The notes beneath the pieces were generated by a model that saw nothing but the letters and a program-made list of their open reading frames with translations, had not been told where the DNA came from and searched no databases. A DNA stretch of 64,000 nucleotides from Bacteroidales bacterium (GTDB lineage Bacteria; Bacteroidota; Bacteroidia; Bacteroidales; UBA3824): assembly GCA_017417315.1 (NCBI GenBank), contig JAFPZK010000045.1, positions 20,757 to 84,756 on the forward strand, in the 5' to 3' direction. Positions 9,235-20,326 of this stretch are shown in pieces. Numbering within the stretch: position 1 is the stretch's first letter; each line of letters opens with the position of its first letter. Both the position numbers and the translations under genes were made by a program.

Positions 9235-12200
9235 ATGCTTAACATTTACAAGGCTTCCGCAGGCAGCGGCAAAACATACAAACTCGCAGGCGAATTTATT
9301 ACCGAGGCTTTTGCCGATACGATGGCGTTTTCGAGGATTCTCGCCGTAACGTTCACAAACAAAGCCGCCGGTGAAATGAAAGAACGTATTATCAAAGAGT
9401 TAGACAATCTTTCAGAAGGTCTGCCGTGCGGTTATTTTGCTGACATTGCAAAAAAATACAACCTTTCGGAACAAGCTTTGGCAAAACGTGCTAAAAATAT
9501 TCGCGGTGCAATTCTTCACAATTATTCCGACTTCAACCTCAAAACCATTGACTCTTTTGTTCAACGGGTTTTGCGCTCGTTTTGTTACGACATCAACATA
9601 AATTCGGGATTTTCGACACAAACCGACGAGGCTTCTGTTTTGTCGGATTTGACCGATATGCTTTTTAAATGCGCTGACGAAGATGCGTATCTTAAAAAGC
9701 AAATGTTGTCGATGGCTGAAAAAAATATTAAAGACGGCGAAAACTGGAATTTCAGAGCGCAGGTAGAAAGCATTGCAAAACTTATTTTCACCGAAAAATA
9801 CAAAGAATTTGAGGCTCAGCAAAACCAAATGAAAGAAAAAGGAATGACCGAAAACGAAAAAAAATCGTATTTCGACATTTCTTCCGAACTTGTCAACTCC
9901 GTGTATGACAATTACATAGAAACTGTCCGCGAAATAGCGGAAAGAGCCAAAAAAATCATTGACTCAGAATTAGGGGCTTTACCGCTTTCGGACTTGGGCG
10001 CAAACGTCAAAAACTGTTGTAACTTCTTGACTAACAAGTTAGAAGAAGGCGTTGTAAGTGCCACGGCATACAAAATGCAGGAAAAAGACGACTGGCTGCC
10101 CGCAAAGGCTAAAAAAATTCAAAAAGAAATTATCCCCGGTTTGCAGCAGAGATTGCAACCCGTTTTAAATGAGGCGATTAACTTTATCGAAAATAACGCG
10201 ACGGATTTTGTTACGGCGAAACTTATCCGCAAAGATTTCGGTGCGTTTGTTCTTATCGGCGAAATTGCAAAACTTCTGCCCGAATACAGAAAAGAAAACC
10301 GCGTGATTATGATTTCTGACGCTTCGGCGTTTTTGGACGGAATCATCGCCGGCAACGATGCCCCTTTCATTTACGAAAGAACGGGCAATAAATTCGACCA
10401 TATTTTTATTGACGAGTTTCAAGATACTTCGACTTTTCAGTGGAATAATTTTCGTCCGCTAATTGAAAACTCCATCGCTTACGGTTTTGACAACTTAATC
10501 GTCGGCGACGTAAAACAAGCAATTTACCGATTCAGGGGCGGCGATTGGAGACTTCTTAACGGCAAAGTTCAGGAGCAGATTTCAGAGGATAACATCAAGA
10601 TTAACAGTCTTGACGTAAACTGGCGGTCAAGAAAAAATATAGTAAATTTCAACAACACAATATTTCAAAAATCCGTCGAAACTCTTATAAATCACGGTGA
10701 TGCAGACCTTCCGCTCGACTTTGAAATCCTGACAAAAATATATTCGGATTCGTCACAAAAACTGCCCGAAGGCAAAAACCGTTCGGGCGGAAAAGTAGAA
10801 GTCATATTTTTTGACAAAAAAGAAGACGAAGAAGAAGAAACCGAAAACGAAGAGCCGGAAGAAAGTTTCAAAGAAAAAGCCCTAAAAAAAATGGCTGACG
10901 AAATTGATACTCTCATCAAAAGCGGCGTTAAAGCCAAAAAAATCTGCGTTCTTGTCCGCAAAAAAGATGAAGCGGCATTAGCGGTAAAATACCTTTTGCA
11001 ATACCAACAGCAGACTTCAAATGCAGCGGTTTACGACGTGGTTTCGTCTGATTCTCTGTACATTGCAAATTCGCTTGCCGTAAAAGTTGCCGTCAACGCG
11101 ATGAAATATCTCAACAACAAGGAAGACAACTTTGCAAAGGCGGAACTCATGCACTCCTTTTGCACGCTAAAACAAATCGAAATTGACGAAGACACGGTTT
11201 TCTCTGCCGTCAGCGACGAAGAAACCGCGAAAAAATTTATGCCCGAAGGCTTTGAAAATTTCAACGAAACATACACCGATTTGCCGCTTTACGACCTTTC
11301 AGAAAAAATAATTTCGCTTTTCGGTTTGGAAAGTTTTGAAGGCGATGCGGAATATTTAAGGACGTTTCAAGATTGTATATTAAACTTTACGAAACAATAT
11401 TCGTCAGATTTAAATAAGTTTGTGTCTTGGTGGGAACAGACGGGCATAAAAACCTCCGTTCAACCTTCTGACAATCAAAATGCGGTTAGCGTTATGACGG
11501 TTCATAAATCTAAGGGCTTGGATTTTTCGATTCAGTTTATTCCGTTTTGCAACTGGAAAATGGAAGACGTTAACAATCTGAATGTCAATTACATTTGGGT
11601 AAAAGCACCTGAAAACACCACATTTTCGTCCTTGCCGTCAATGCCTATAAGATATTCGTCAGAAATGCTGAAATCGCATTTCAGAGAGTTTTACGTAGAG
11701 GAAAAACGCAATTTATACGTTGACTCGTTGAACCTTTTATATGTGGCTCTGACAAGGGCGGTTGACGAACTTCACATTTATTGTCCGAAGCCGAAAGAAT
11801 CGAAAAAAGGCGAAAATAAAATAAGCCGCGTTTCAGACCTTTTATATTACGATATTGTTGAAGGAGAAGACTCACTTTCAGATTATTTTGACGAAGAAAC
11901 GGGAATATTTTTAAGCGATAAAAATCACGTTTTGGAAGAAGGGCGTAAGGTTAACGACAGAGGCAAAAGTTTTGACCTATCGGTTTTCAAAAACTCGCCG
12001 TGGGAAAACAAACTCGCCGTAACGTCTCATTCGTCAGATTTTTTCATAAAAAACAGTACGTTTTTGCAGGAAAGAATCAATTACGGACTTTTTATGCACG
12101 ATGTTATGGCGCGGATAGAATTTTACGAGGAATATCCTGAGGTGTTAAGACAAATGACGTTTCAGGGGCGAATTACCGAAAATCAAGCCAAAGATTTGAG

Positions 12201-12507
12201 CCTGAAATTAAACGAAGTTTTTTCCATAGAACAAGTAAAACATTGGTTTTCAAAATCTTGGAAAGAAGTTTTGACGGAAAAGGCATTGCTTACAACCGAA
12301 GGCGACATAAAAATTCCCGACAGAGTTTTGATTTCTGACAAAGAAACCGTTGTCATAGATTTCAAATTCGGCGGAGAGCATGAGGAATACAAAGCGCAAA
12401 TTTCAGAATATGCCTCTTTGCTCAAAAAAATGAATTATCCGAATATTAAGGCGTATCTTTTTTACGTCGAAGATAAAAAGATTGAAGAAATAAAGTTAGA
12501 AAAATGA
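9235..12507 (+). CDS. UvrD/AddA-type helicase-nuclease (C-terminal PD-(D/E)xK)
   Basis: Walker A ASAGSGKTY, motif II DEFQDTS, VHKSKGLDF, and C-terminal DRVLISDKETVVIDFKFG. Confidence 0.85.
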   Translation: MLNIYKASAGSGKTYKLAGEFITEAFADTMAFSRILAVTFTNKAAGEMKERIIKELDNLSEGLPCGYFADIAKKYNLSEQALAKRAKNIRGAILHNYSDFNLKTIDSFVQRVLRSFCYDININSGFSTQTDEASVLSDLTDMLFKCADEDAYLKKQMLSMAEKNIKDGENWNFRAQVESIAKLIFTEKYKEFEAQQNQMKEKGMTENEKKSYFDISSELVNSVYDNYIETVREIAERAKKIIDSELGALPLSDLGANVKNCCNFLTNKLEEGVVSATAYKMQEKDDWLPAKAKKIQKEIIPGLQQRLQPVLNEAINFIENNATDFVTAKLIRKDFGAFVLIGEIAKLLPEYRKENRVIMISDASAFLDGIIAGNDAPFIYERTGNKFDHIFIDEFQDTSTFQWNNFRPLIENSIAYGFDNLIVGDVKQAIYRFRGGDWRLLNGKVQEQISEDNIKINSLDVNWRSRKNIVNFNNTIFQKSVETLINHGDADLPLDFEILTKIYSDSSQKLPEGKNRSGGKVEVIFFDKKEDEEEETENEEPEESFKEKALKKMADEIDTLIKSGVKAKKICVLVRKKDEAALAVKYLLQYQQQTSNAAVYDVVSSDSLYIANSLAVKVAVNAMKYLNNKEDNFAKAELMHSFCTLKQIEIDEDTVFSAVSDEETAKKFMPEGFENFNETYTDLPLYDLSEKIISLFGLESFEGDAEYLRTFQDCILNFTKQYSSDLNKFVSWWEQTGIKTSVQPSDNQNAVSVMTVHKSKGLDFSIQFIPFCNWKMEDVNNLNVNYIWVKAPENTTFSSLPSMPIRYSSEMLKSHFREFYVEEKRNLYVDSLNLLYVALTRAVDELHIYCPKPKESKKGENKISRVSDLLYYDIVEGEDSLSDYFDEETGIFLSDKNHVLEEGRKVNDRGKSFDLSVFKNSPWENKLAVTSHSSDFFIKNSTFLQERINYGLFMHDVMARIEFYEEYPEVLRQMTFQGRITENQAKDLSLKLNEVFSIEQVKHWFSKSWKEVLTEKALLTTEGDIKIPDRVLISDKETVVIDFKFGGEHEEYKAQISEYASLLKKMNYPNIKAYLFYVEDKKIEEIKLEK

Positions 12508-13562
12508 AAACACATTATTTATTATTAGCAGCGGGACTTTTAACCGCTCTTTCATCTTGTCATAAAGACAAAGAAGACGAAGTGATTATCAACGAGATAC
12601 ACGTTGACACAACGGTTGTATATTCACCGAGTTTCATAATCGAAAACAAGGAAGAGGTTACAACGGACATTCGTCCGCAATTTTTACAAAAGGGCGATAA
12701 AGTTGCGGTCTGCGCAATCAGCAACGCCGTCAGCGAAAGCGACGTAAGCGAAGGCGAAGAAACTTTGAAAAATTGGGGTTTGGAAGTTTTAGAAGCCTCA
12801 AACCTCTACGCCCAAGACTCACGATATGCCGGCAGTCTTAAAGAAAGAATTTCTGGCTTACAGGAAATGCTTGACAACGACGATGTTAGAGCGATATTTT
12901 TTGCACGCGGCGGTTACGGAGCGGCTCAGGTTTTGCCGTTTTTGGACTGGACGAAATTCAAGAAATCGCCGAAATGGATTATCGGTTACAGCGACGTTAC
13001 TGCACTTCACATCACCCTCAACAACATGGGTTACGAAACAATTTTAGGACCTATGATGAGAGGTTTCAACAAAGACGGCGAAAGCGTTGAAATGTTAAAA
13101 GACATACTTTTCGGTGATTTAAAAGGCGTTTCGATAGAGAAAAATTCTAATTGCATTGATGGTGTAGCAACGGCGCGGCTTGTCGGCGGAAATCTTTCGA
13201 TATTGTATTCGCTTTCAGGGACGGCTTTTGACATCAACACAAAAAATTCCGTTCTCTTTATCGAAGACACCGGCGAGGCTAACTACTCGGTTGACAGAAT
13301 GTTACTTAACCTTCAACAGTCAGGAAAACTTCAAGAAATAAAAGGTGTGATTATCGGCGAATTTATCGGCGGAAGTCAGGGCAGCGATTTGCCTCTGAAC
13401 GAAATTTTTGCAAAATATTTTTCACCGCTTAACGTCCCCGTCATCTACGGCGTACCAAACGGACATGACACACAAAACTATCCGATAATTTTAGGCGCGA
13501 AAACAACAATAAACGTCAGCGGCGACAAAGCGGAGATGACATATTCTATGACGGCGAAATAA
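12504..13562 (+). CDS. ldcA: LD-carboxypeptidase (peptidase S66), lipoprotein
   Basis: Lipobox ALSSC. Catalytic-serine motif GYSDVTALH. GGNLSIL...FIEDTGE. Confidence 0.85.
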   Translation: MKTHYLLLAAGLLTALSSCHKDKEDEVIINEIHVDTTVVYSPSFIIENKEEVTTDIRPQFLQKGDKVAVCAISNAVSESDVSEGEETLKNWGLEVLEASNLYAQDSRYAGSLKERISGLQEMLDNDDVRAIFFARGGYGAAQVLPFLDWTKFKKSPKWIIGYSDVTALHITLNNMGYETILGPMMRGFNKDGESVEMLKDILFGDLKGVSIEKNSNCIDGVATARLVGGNLSILYSLSGTAFDINTKNSVLFIEDTGEANYSVDRMLLNLQQSGKLQEIKGVIIGEFIGGSQGSDLPLNEIFAKYFSPLNVPVIYGVPNGHDTQNYPIILGAKTTINVSGDKAEMTYSMTAK

Positions 13563-13611
13563 AAACGCCGCGTTAAGAAATTTTATATTTTTTTATTTGC
13601 AAAAGTTTCCT

Positions 13612-13619
13612 TACCTTTG
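13612..13619 (+). promoter_or_regulatory. -7 box TACCTTTG upstream of gpsA
   Basis: Matches TAnnTTTG, 24 nt before ATG 13643. Confidence 0.5.
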
Positions 13620-13642
13620 CAAAATATAAAAAAGAACTTAAT

Positions 13643-14653
13643 ATGATGTGCGGACAACATAGAATAGGAGTCGTAGGCGGCGGAAGTTGGGCTACGGCTT
13701 TAATCAGCGTTTTGACCAACAATGTTAAAGAAGGCAACAAAGTCAATTGGTATCTGCGCAAAAAAGAACATATTGATTACGCAATAAAACACGGTCAAAA
13801 CCCGAAATATTTGAACTCGCTGATTCTCGACACCAACAAGTTGGAATTTTATAACGATTTAACCTCGATTATAAAAAATTCCGACATTTTGGTTTTTGCC
13901 GTACCGTCGGCGTTCATAGAGAGTACCATGCAGCAATATGACGGAACGCTTGAAAATCACGTCGTAGTTTCGGCAATCAAAGGCATGATTCCTGAAAAAA
14001 ACATTATTATGGCTGACTTTTTTCATGAAAAATATAACGTCAACCTTGATAAAAATTTCTGCGTTTTGGCAGGACCTTGTCATGCAGAAGAGGTTGCTCT
14101 TCAAAGGCTCAGTTATCTTACGATAGCCTCTAAGGATTTGAACACCGCCGAAGATATTGCTAACTGTCTGGAATGTAGGTATTTGAAAACTTCCATCACC
14201 GATGACATTTACGGCACGGAATATGCGGCAGTTTTGAAAAACGTATTCGCTATTGCAGCCGGTGTATGTTCAGGTTTAGGCTACGGCGACAACTTTTTGG
14301 CGGTTTTGATGTCAAACGCAATCCGCGAAATGAAACGCTTTGTAGATACCGTTCACCCGATAAACCGCGACATAAAATCCTCGGCTTATCTCGGTGACTT
14401 GCTCGTTACGGCATACTCAAAATTCAGCCGCAACCGCACCTTAGGCGTTATGCTCGGTCAGGGATATTCGCTTCAAAGCGCACTTTTGGAAATGAAAATG
14501 GTTGCAGAAGGTTTTTACGGCAGCAAATGTATTTACGAGGTTAATCAAAAATACAATATTGATTTGCCGATTTGCACCGCTGTTTATAACATTCTCCACA
14601 AAGGCAACCCCGTAGGCTTTGAAATAAAATTGTTAATAGACAAAATAAGGTAA
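13643..14653 (+). CDS. gpsA: NAD(P)H-dependent glycerol-3-phosphate dehydrogenase
   Basis: GVVGGGSWATAL Rossmann motif and GpsA-like length and body (GPCHAEEV, KNVFAIAAG). Confidence 0.9.
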   Translation: MMCGQHRIGVVGGGSWATALISVLTNNVKEGNKVNWYLRKKEHIDYAIKHGQNPKYLNSLILDTNKLEFYNDLTSIIKNSDILVFAVPSAFIESTMQQYDGTLENHVVVSAIKGMIPEKNIIMADFFHEKYNVNLDKNFCVLAGPCHAEEVALQRLSYLTIASKDLNTAEDIANCLECRYLKTSITDDIYGTEYAAVLKNVFAIAAGVCSGLGYGDNFLAVLMSNAIREMKRFVDTVHPINRDIKSSAYLGDLLVTAYSKFSRNRTLGVMLGQGYSLQSALLEMKMVAEGFYGSKCIYEVNQKYNIDLPICTAVYNILHKGNPVGFEIKLLIDKIR

Positions 14654-14683
14654 AAAAAATTACCTGATAAAAATATTACAAAA

Positions 14684-15823
14684 ATGGAAATTAACGAAAC
14701 TGAATTTGACGAAATACGGCCGTATTACGACAGCGAAGTAGACGGTGTTATCGACAAACTTCTTTCGGAATCAGGTTTTAAGAAAACGGTAAAGTATTTT
14801 TTCCCTGACGTTCCGTTTGAAGTTACGGAAAAATTGTTGCGTAACGTCCATACAATCAAGGAATTTCAAACGCAATTTATCGCAAGGCTCGTTAACGGTT
14901 TGGAAAGAATGTACACCGAGGGCGTAACCTTCAACGGGTTAGAAAATATTCCCGAAGGCAAAGGCTATCTTTTTGTTTCAAACCACAGGGACATAATTTT
15001 GGATTCAGCGTTTTTGAACACTTATTTGGCTCAGCACGGACATGAAACAAGCGAAATCGCAATCGGCAGCAATTTATTGATTTTTCCGTGGATAACCGAT
15101 TTGGTGAAACTTAACCGCACGTTTGTGGTAAAAAGAAATCTTTCGGTAAAAGAATTGATGGTAAGTTCTATGGTACAGTCAAAATACATCAGACATACCA
15201 TTATTGACAAAAAAACTTCGATTTGGATTGCTCAAAGGGAAGGACGCACCAAAAACGGCGACGACAAAACGCAGGGCAGCGTATTAAAAATGTTCAACAT
15301 GGCGGCCTCAGGCGACGTACTTACTTCACTCGCCGAAATGAACATTGTCCCGATGACGGTTTCATACGAATACGACCCCGTAGACGTTTACAAAGTTATC
15401 GAACAATACAACAAGAAAATCAACCCCGATTTCAAGAAAAACAAGGTTGATGATGTTGCCGGAATGCGTAACGGTCTTACTTGTCTTAAAGGACATGTTA
15501 ACATAACGCTCGGCAAACCCGTGAGCGAGGAAATTCTCCAAATGCCCAAAGCCCCGAACAAAAACGCTCAGTACGAAGAGGTTGCGAAATTTTTGGACAA
15601 AAAAATTTATGACGGTTATGTGCTTTATCCGATAAATTATGTTACGGCAGACATTTTGAGCGGAACAAAACGTTTTGAAAATTTCTACACCAAAGACGAC
15701 GAAAAAACGGTTAAAGACTACATCGAAGAACAAAGCAAAAAATTTACCGGCGATATTGAACTTCAAAAGAAAATGCTTATGGAAATTTATGCAAATCCGG
15801 TTTACAATAAATTAGGAAGATAA
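14684..15823 (+). CDS. glycerolipid acyltransferase (PlsC-like)
   Basis: HX4D motif SNHRDIILDS and a WIAQREGRT block. Confidence 0.75.
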   Translation: MEINETEFDEIRPYYDSEVDGVIDKLLSESGFKKTVKYFFPDVPFEVTEKLLRNVHTIKEFQTQFIARLVNGLERMYTEGVTFNGLENIPEGKGYLFVSNHRDIILDSAFLNTYLAQHGHETSEIAIGSNLLIFPWITDLVKLNRTFVVKRNLSVKELMVSSMVQSKYIRHTIIDKKTSIWIAQREGRTKNGDDKTQGSVLKMFNMAASGDVLTSLAEMNIVPMTVSYEYDPVDVYKVIEQYNKKINPDFKKNKVDDVAGMRNGLTCLKGHVNITLGKPVSEEILQMPKAPNKNAQYEEVAKFLDKKIYDGYVLYPINYVTADILSGTKRFENFYTKDDEKTVKDYIEEQSKKFTGDIELQKKMLMEIYANPVYNKLGR

Positions 15824-15827
15824 AAAA

Positions 15828-15855
15828 ATACCGCGAAATTCGCGGTATTTTTTTT
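15828..15855. terminator. bidirectional rho-independent terminator
   Basis: ATACCGCG-aaatt-CGCGGTAT hairpin flanked by an A-run and a T-run, between convergent genes. Confidence 0.8.
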
Positions 15856-15864
15856 ATATAAAAA

Positions 15865-17347
15865 CTACAAAACTTTCCAATCTGTTATGTTCTTTTCCGA
15901 AGACGAAAAATTGACACCTATTTTGAAAACTTTTCTACCATCCATTTTAAAACGTCCGGCATAATCCTTTTCATCAATTTGATTAAGAGCAACCTGAGCA
16001 TCACAATCCATTTTAAATTCAAAAAGATAAACATACTTCTCGGTACAAACAATAGTATCTGCCCTGCCTTTTGAAAAATGCGGTTCAGAAATCACAAACT
16101 GTCCCAATATTGTAAAAACTAAAAAAATAACATTTTGAAAATCACGCTCTAAATATTTCACATTATTATCGTTAGCATACGGCAATGTAGAATACAATGC
16201 CTGAAAACGGTTGATGACATTATCCACCTCGCCTTCAAAAAAATCGTCCAAAAAGTCAGAATAGTTGAATCCGCTCAAATCTCCCGGCTTTCTATAAAAT
16301 TCGTTGATTAAACCCGTAAGAAAACTAAGTTCGACTTCATTATTCGGAAAACCAAGCGTATATCTGCGGGTTGACTTATCGTAACTTTTTATTGTCAAAT
16401 AACCTGTATAATACAACAGCGGTATCAAATCAGCAGTCAGACTGTCATCTTTGTAAGTTTTCAGACTGTCCTTAGAATATCTGACATCATTTATCAAATG
16501 TTTGAAGTCATAATATTCGCTATGTATGCGTTTCATCAAAATAGCAGGATTACCGGTATCATACCAATAATTCTGAAAATCCCTGCTCACAAACGCATTA
16601 AAAAGGCTTACCGGATTGAATACCTTCTCGCCTTTTTCGTGAAAAAGATAACCGTCATACCAACGCCCTAATTCTGCAATACACGTCTCAATGTTTACCC
16701 CCTGCGATTTTGATAATCTTTCTATTTCGGGCGTAAAATACTCCGATAGTTCTTTATGTGTAATTCCGCAAACAGCCGAAAAACTTTCGTTGTCCGTAAT
16801 AATTTCCGGCGGTAATCAAAGGATTGTCGTACTCGTCAACGATAATGACTGTTTTTAAACCCGTTTTTTCATAAACGGTCATCATATCATACAAAAAACG
16901 GAATGCAAGTTTCTCTCCTTCTGATAGTTCCTTGTCGTCATTTTTCAATTTGTTGACAAAACTTTCATCGTATTGAATATTATGCTCAATCTCATAGACT
17001 TTCAATACGAATAAAATTTTGAAAACCAACACATCTACACCTGCGGCATAATTTCCGTCAACGAAATCAAAATATGCCATAGGATATTTTATCCAATTTT
17101 TTTCATAATCATAGATTTTTAATCCGTCGAAAAGTTCCTTTTTCCCCTCAAAAAATGCGCGTAAAGTATTGGCAAACAAACTCTTACCAAACCGTCTCGG
17201 ACGTGTAAGAAAATATGATTTTGTTTTAGAATATGCAAGATAATACACATAATCCGTCTTATCGACGTACAAGGCATTTTCTTTCCGTAAATCTTCAAAA
17301 CTTTGTACACCGATAGGCAATCTACTCAACTGATTCAAATCTATCAT
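15865..17347 (-). pseudogene. AAA-ATPase-like / PD-(D/E)xK (PDDEXK_9-type) gene, disrupted
   Basis: N-terminal part (LPIGVQSFEDLRKENALYVDKT...TRPRRFGKSL...VDEYDNPLI) and C-terminal part (ITDNESFSAVCGITHKELSEYF...YWYDTGNP...YLFEFK) are in different frames. The junction is near 16800-16815, and the segment normally between them appears to be missing. Confidence 0.7.
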
Positions 17348-17348
17348 A

Positions 17349-17882
17349 CTATATAAAAACTTCTTCCTCTTCAGGCAGTTCCACATACGGTTGATAATCG
17401 TAAAGCACTATTTTGCCGGTTTTTAGGGTTTTCTTAACGTCAATTAACCTTTGATTAGAACTTCCGCAGAACAATAAATCAGGGTCTTTTTTATCTTCCT
17501 CGAACCTGCCGTCAACAAGCACGTCAACCCAACGAAGAAGTTCCATCAATTTTTCTTCCTTGAAAATCTCCTCTATCGTAAAACCCGTATAACACCAAAT
17601 ATTTTTATCGGTGTTGAACTTTATCATTCTCGCCAATTCAGCAAAGGCTTTCGGCTGATAAAACGGGTCGCCGCCCGAAAATGTTACGTTTGCAAATTCG
17701 TTTGCGGCAATATGCTCGAAAATCTCTTTTACTTCCGTCGGTTTTCCGTTAAGAATATTCCAAGTCTGAGGGTTCTGACAACCTTTACACGCATGGCTAC
17801 AACCCGAACAATAGACCGAGGTTCTAAACCCCGGTCCGTCCGATGTCGTATAATCCATTATGTCCATTAACATCAATTTCAT
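17349..17882 (-). CDS. nrdG: anaerobic ribonucleotide reductase activating protein (radical SAM)
   Basis: CSHACKGC (CX3CX2C) cluster motif, directly downstream of nrdD. Confidence 0.9.
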   Translation of the reverse strand: MKLMLMDIMDYTTSDGPGFRTSVYCSGCSHACKGCQNPQTWNILNGKPTEVKEIFEHIAANEFANVTFSGGDPFYQPKAFAELARMIKFNTDKNIWCYTGFTIEEIFKEEKLMELLRWVDVLVDGRFEEDKKDPDLLFCGSSNQRLIDVKKTLKTGKIVLYDYQPYVELPEEEEVFI

Positions 17883-17884
17883 AA

Positions 17885-20155
17885 CTAAATGCTGTGTGTT
17901 GTCCTTTCGTTAAGTTCGTTTAACTTTGCGTTGTTCCAACGGTCTGTCGTGCCGACTAAATAACCCGTTATGCGCTGCAATTTGTCAATGTTTTTGCTGT
18001 GGCATTTCGGACATTCGGTCATTTCTTTTTCAGCGTTTTCATAACCGCAATCCATACAACGGTTTCTGTTGTGATTAATCGAACCGTAACCCATATTAAA
18101 CTTATCCATCATGTCAACAACTGCGGCTACAACTGACGGATTGTGTGTTGCATCGCCGTCAATTTCAACGTAGAAAATATGACCGGCACGTTCCAAATCG
18201 TGATACGGGGCTTCGATTTCAGCCTTGTGCATTGCCGAACACTTATAATATACGGGAACATGGCTCGAATTTGTGTAATATTCTCTGTCAGTAACGCCTT
18301 CTATTACGCCGAAAGTTTTTTTGTCTTTTCTGGTGAAAGAGCCGCTCAAACCCTCTGCCGGTGTCGCCAAAACGCTGTAATTATGACGATATTGCTGTGA
18401 AAAATCATTACAACGGTCGCGCATATAAGTTACGATTTTTAAGCCTAATTCCTGAGCCTCTTGACTTTCGCCGTGATGTTTGCCGACTAATGCTTTCAAA
18501 CATTCTGCCAAACCGATAAAGCCGATTGACAAAGTGCCTTGATTGATAACACTTTCGATTGTCTCATTCGGACGGAGTTTTTCGCTGCCGATCCAAAGTT
18601 TTGACATCAAAAGCGGAAATTGTTTTGCAAGGGCGGTTTTTTGGAAATTAAACCTGTCGTCCAACTGTTTTGCCGCAATTACAAGCACTTTTTCGAGTTT
18701 GTCAAAAAACGTTTTAATGCGTTCTTCTTTGTCTTCAATGCCCATACATTCGATTGCAAGACGGACAATGTTGACTGAGGTAAACGACAAGTTTCCTCTG
18801 CCGATTGACGTTTTTTTGCCATAACGGTTTTCAAAAACCCTTGTTCTGCAACCCATTGTCGCAACTTCGTATTCGTAACGCTTCGGGTCGTCGGGAGTCC
18901 ATTTTTCGTTCTGATTGAAAGTAGTGTCAAGGTTAAGATAATTCGGGAAAAACCTCTTTGCCGTAACCTTGCAAGCAAACTGATAAAGGTCGTAGTTTCT
19001 GTCTTCGGGCAGATAGTTTACTCCGCGTTTTTTCTTCCAAATCTGAATCGGAAAAATCGCCGTAGAACCGTTACCTACACCTTCGTATGTTGAAATCAAA
19101 AGTTCACGGATAATACAACGACCTTCCGCAGAAGTATCCGTTCCATAGTTTATACTACTGAAAACCACTTGGTTACCGCCTCTTGAATGGATAGTGTTCA
19201 TATTGTGAATAAACGCTTCCATTGACTGATGAACGCGGTTGACGGTGCGGTTGATAGCATGCTGTTTAGCGCGGTCTTTACCCGTCAAATTATCTAACGG
19301 CTTTTTAACGAAGTCGTCGATTTCAGCGTCATAAAGGTCAGACAAATCCTCGCCTGAAAAGTTTTCCAAAACTTTTACCTCCTCTTTATAAGAGGCGCGG
19401 ACGTAAGGCGCGAGATAAAAATCAAACGCCGGAATAGCCTGACCGCCGTGCATTTCGTTTTGAGCGGTTTCCATTGAAATACAGCCGAGAATGCTTGCCG
19501 TTTCAATTCTTTTAGCCGGACGGCTCTCACCGTGTCCTGCATTGAAACCGTATGTTAAAATCTTATCCAACGGGTGCTGAACACAAGTCAGCGATTTTGT
19601 CGGATAATAATCTTTGTCGTGAATATGAATATAACCGTTTTTTACAGCCTCTTTAACCTCCGGACTTAAAAGATAATCGTCTACAAACGGCTTTGTGGTC
19701 TCGCTTGCAAACTTCATCATCATACCGGCGGGGGTGTCGGCGTTCATGTTAGCGTTTTCGCGGGTGATGTCGTTAGATTTAGCCTCGATAATTTCGGTGA
19801 AAACGTCGCGGGTTTTTGCCTGACGTGCTACCGAGCGTTTGTCGCGGTACGAAATATATGCCCTTGCAACCTCTTTGCGCGGAGATTTCATCAACTCTCT
19901 TTCAACACAGTCCTGAATTTCCTCAACGGTCATTTGCTGTTTACCGTTGCAGGCAATACGGCTTGTGATTTTGTTGATAAGTTTGTCGTCCTCGCCTAAT
20001 TCGGTCTGAAACATTGCCCTGCGTATCGCGCTTGCAATTTTTTCTTCGTTGAAACCGACAATACGTCCGTCTCTTTTTACAACTGTCTGTATCATAACGT
20101 TTTCAGTTAAATCCGGTTTTAAATCTGTTCTGTCTTTTAAAATGATTGTGTTCAT
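17885..20155 (-). CDS. nrdD: anaerobic ribonucleoside-triphosphate reductase
   Basis: ATP-cone N-terminus, C-terminal Zn ribbon CMDCGY...CPKCHS, and glycyl-radical motif RITGYLVG. Confidence 0.95.
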   Translation of the reverse strand: MNTIILKDRTDLKPDLTENVMIQTVVKRDGRIVGFNEEKIASAIRRAMFQTELGEDDKLINKITSRIACNGKQQMTVEEIQDCVERELMKSPRKEVARAYISYRDKRSVARQAKTRDVFTEIIEAKSNDITRENANMNADTPAGMMMKFASETTKPFVDDYLLSPEVKEAVKNGYIHIHDKDYYPTKSLTCVQHPLDKILTYGFNAGHGESRPAKRIETASILGCISMETAQNEMHGGQAIPAFDFYLAPYVRASYKEEVKVLENFSGEDLSDLYDAEIDDFVKKPLDNLTGKDRAKQHAINRTVNRVHQSMEAFIHNMNTIHSRGGNQVVFSSINYGTDTSAEGRCIIRELLISTYEGVGNGSTAIFPIQIWKKKRGVNYLPEDRNYDLYQFACKVTAKRFFPNYLNLDTTFNQNEKWTPDDPKRYEYEVATMGCRTRVFENRYGKKTSIGRGNLSFTSVNIVRLAIECMGIEDKEERIKTFFDKLEKVLVIAAKQLDDRFNFQKTALAKQFPLLMSKLWIGSEKLRPNETIESVINQGTLSIGFIGLAECLKALVGKHHGESQEAQELGLKIVTYMRDRCNDFSQQYRHNYSVLATPAEGLSGSFTRKDKKTFGVIEGVTDREYYTNSSHVPVYYKCSAMHKAEIEAPYHDLERAGHIFYVEIDGDATHNPSVVAAVVDMMDKFNMGYGSINHNRNRCMDCGYENAEKEMTECPKCHSKNIDKLQRITGYLVGTTDRWNNAKLNELNERTTHSI

Positions 20156-20183
20156 ATTCTCTTTGTGTTTTTCTTGTACGCAA

Positions 20184-20191
20184 CAAAGTTA
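20184..20191 (-). promoter_or_regulatory. -7 box TAACTTTG for nrdDG
   Basis: Matches TAnnTTTG on the minus strand, about 29 nt upstream of ATG 20155. Confidence 0.5.
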
Positions 20192-20262
20192 ATATAAAAA
20201 TTTCTTTTAAAACACAAAATTTACTAACTATTTTTTTCAACGAGTTACGCCGAATGTTTTTT

Positions 20263-20271
20263 TGTGGATAA
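20263..20271 (-). promoter_or_regulatory. DnaA-box-like 9-mer TTATCCACA
   Basis: Perfect match to the TTATNCACA consensus. It sits inside a roughly 20-nt direct repeat. Confidence 0.45.
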
Positions 20272-20317
20272 CTTTTATTCCCCTTTGATTTTCTGAAAGT
20301 TAAAAAAAAAACGTTTT

Positions 20318-20326
20318 TGTGGACAA
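20318..20326 (-). promoter_or_regulatory. DnaA-box-like 9-mer TTGTCCACA
   Basis: One mismatch to the consensus. Same orientation as the first box, 55 bp away, with similar flanks (TTTTGTGGAyAACTTT). Confidence 0.4.
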
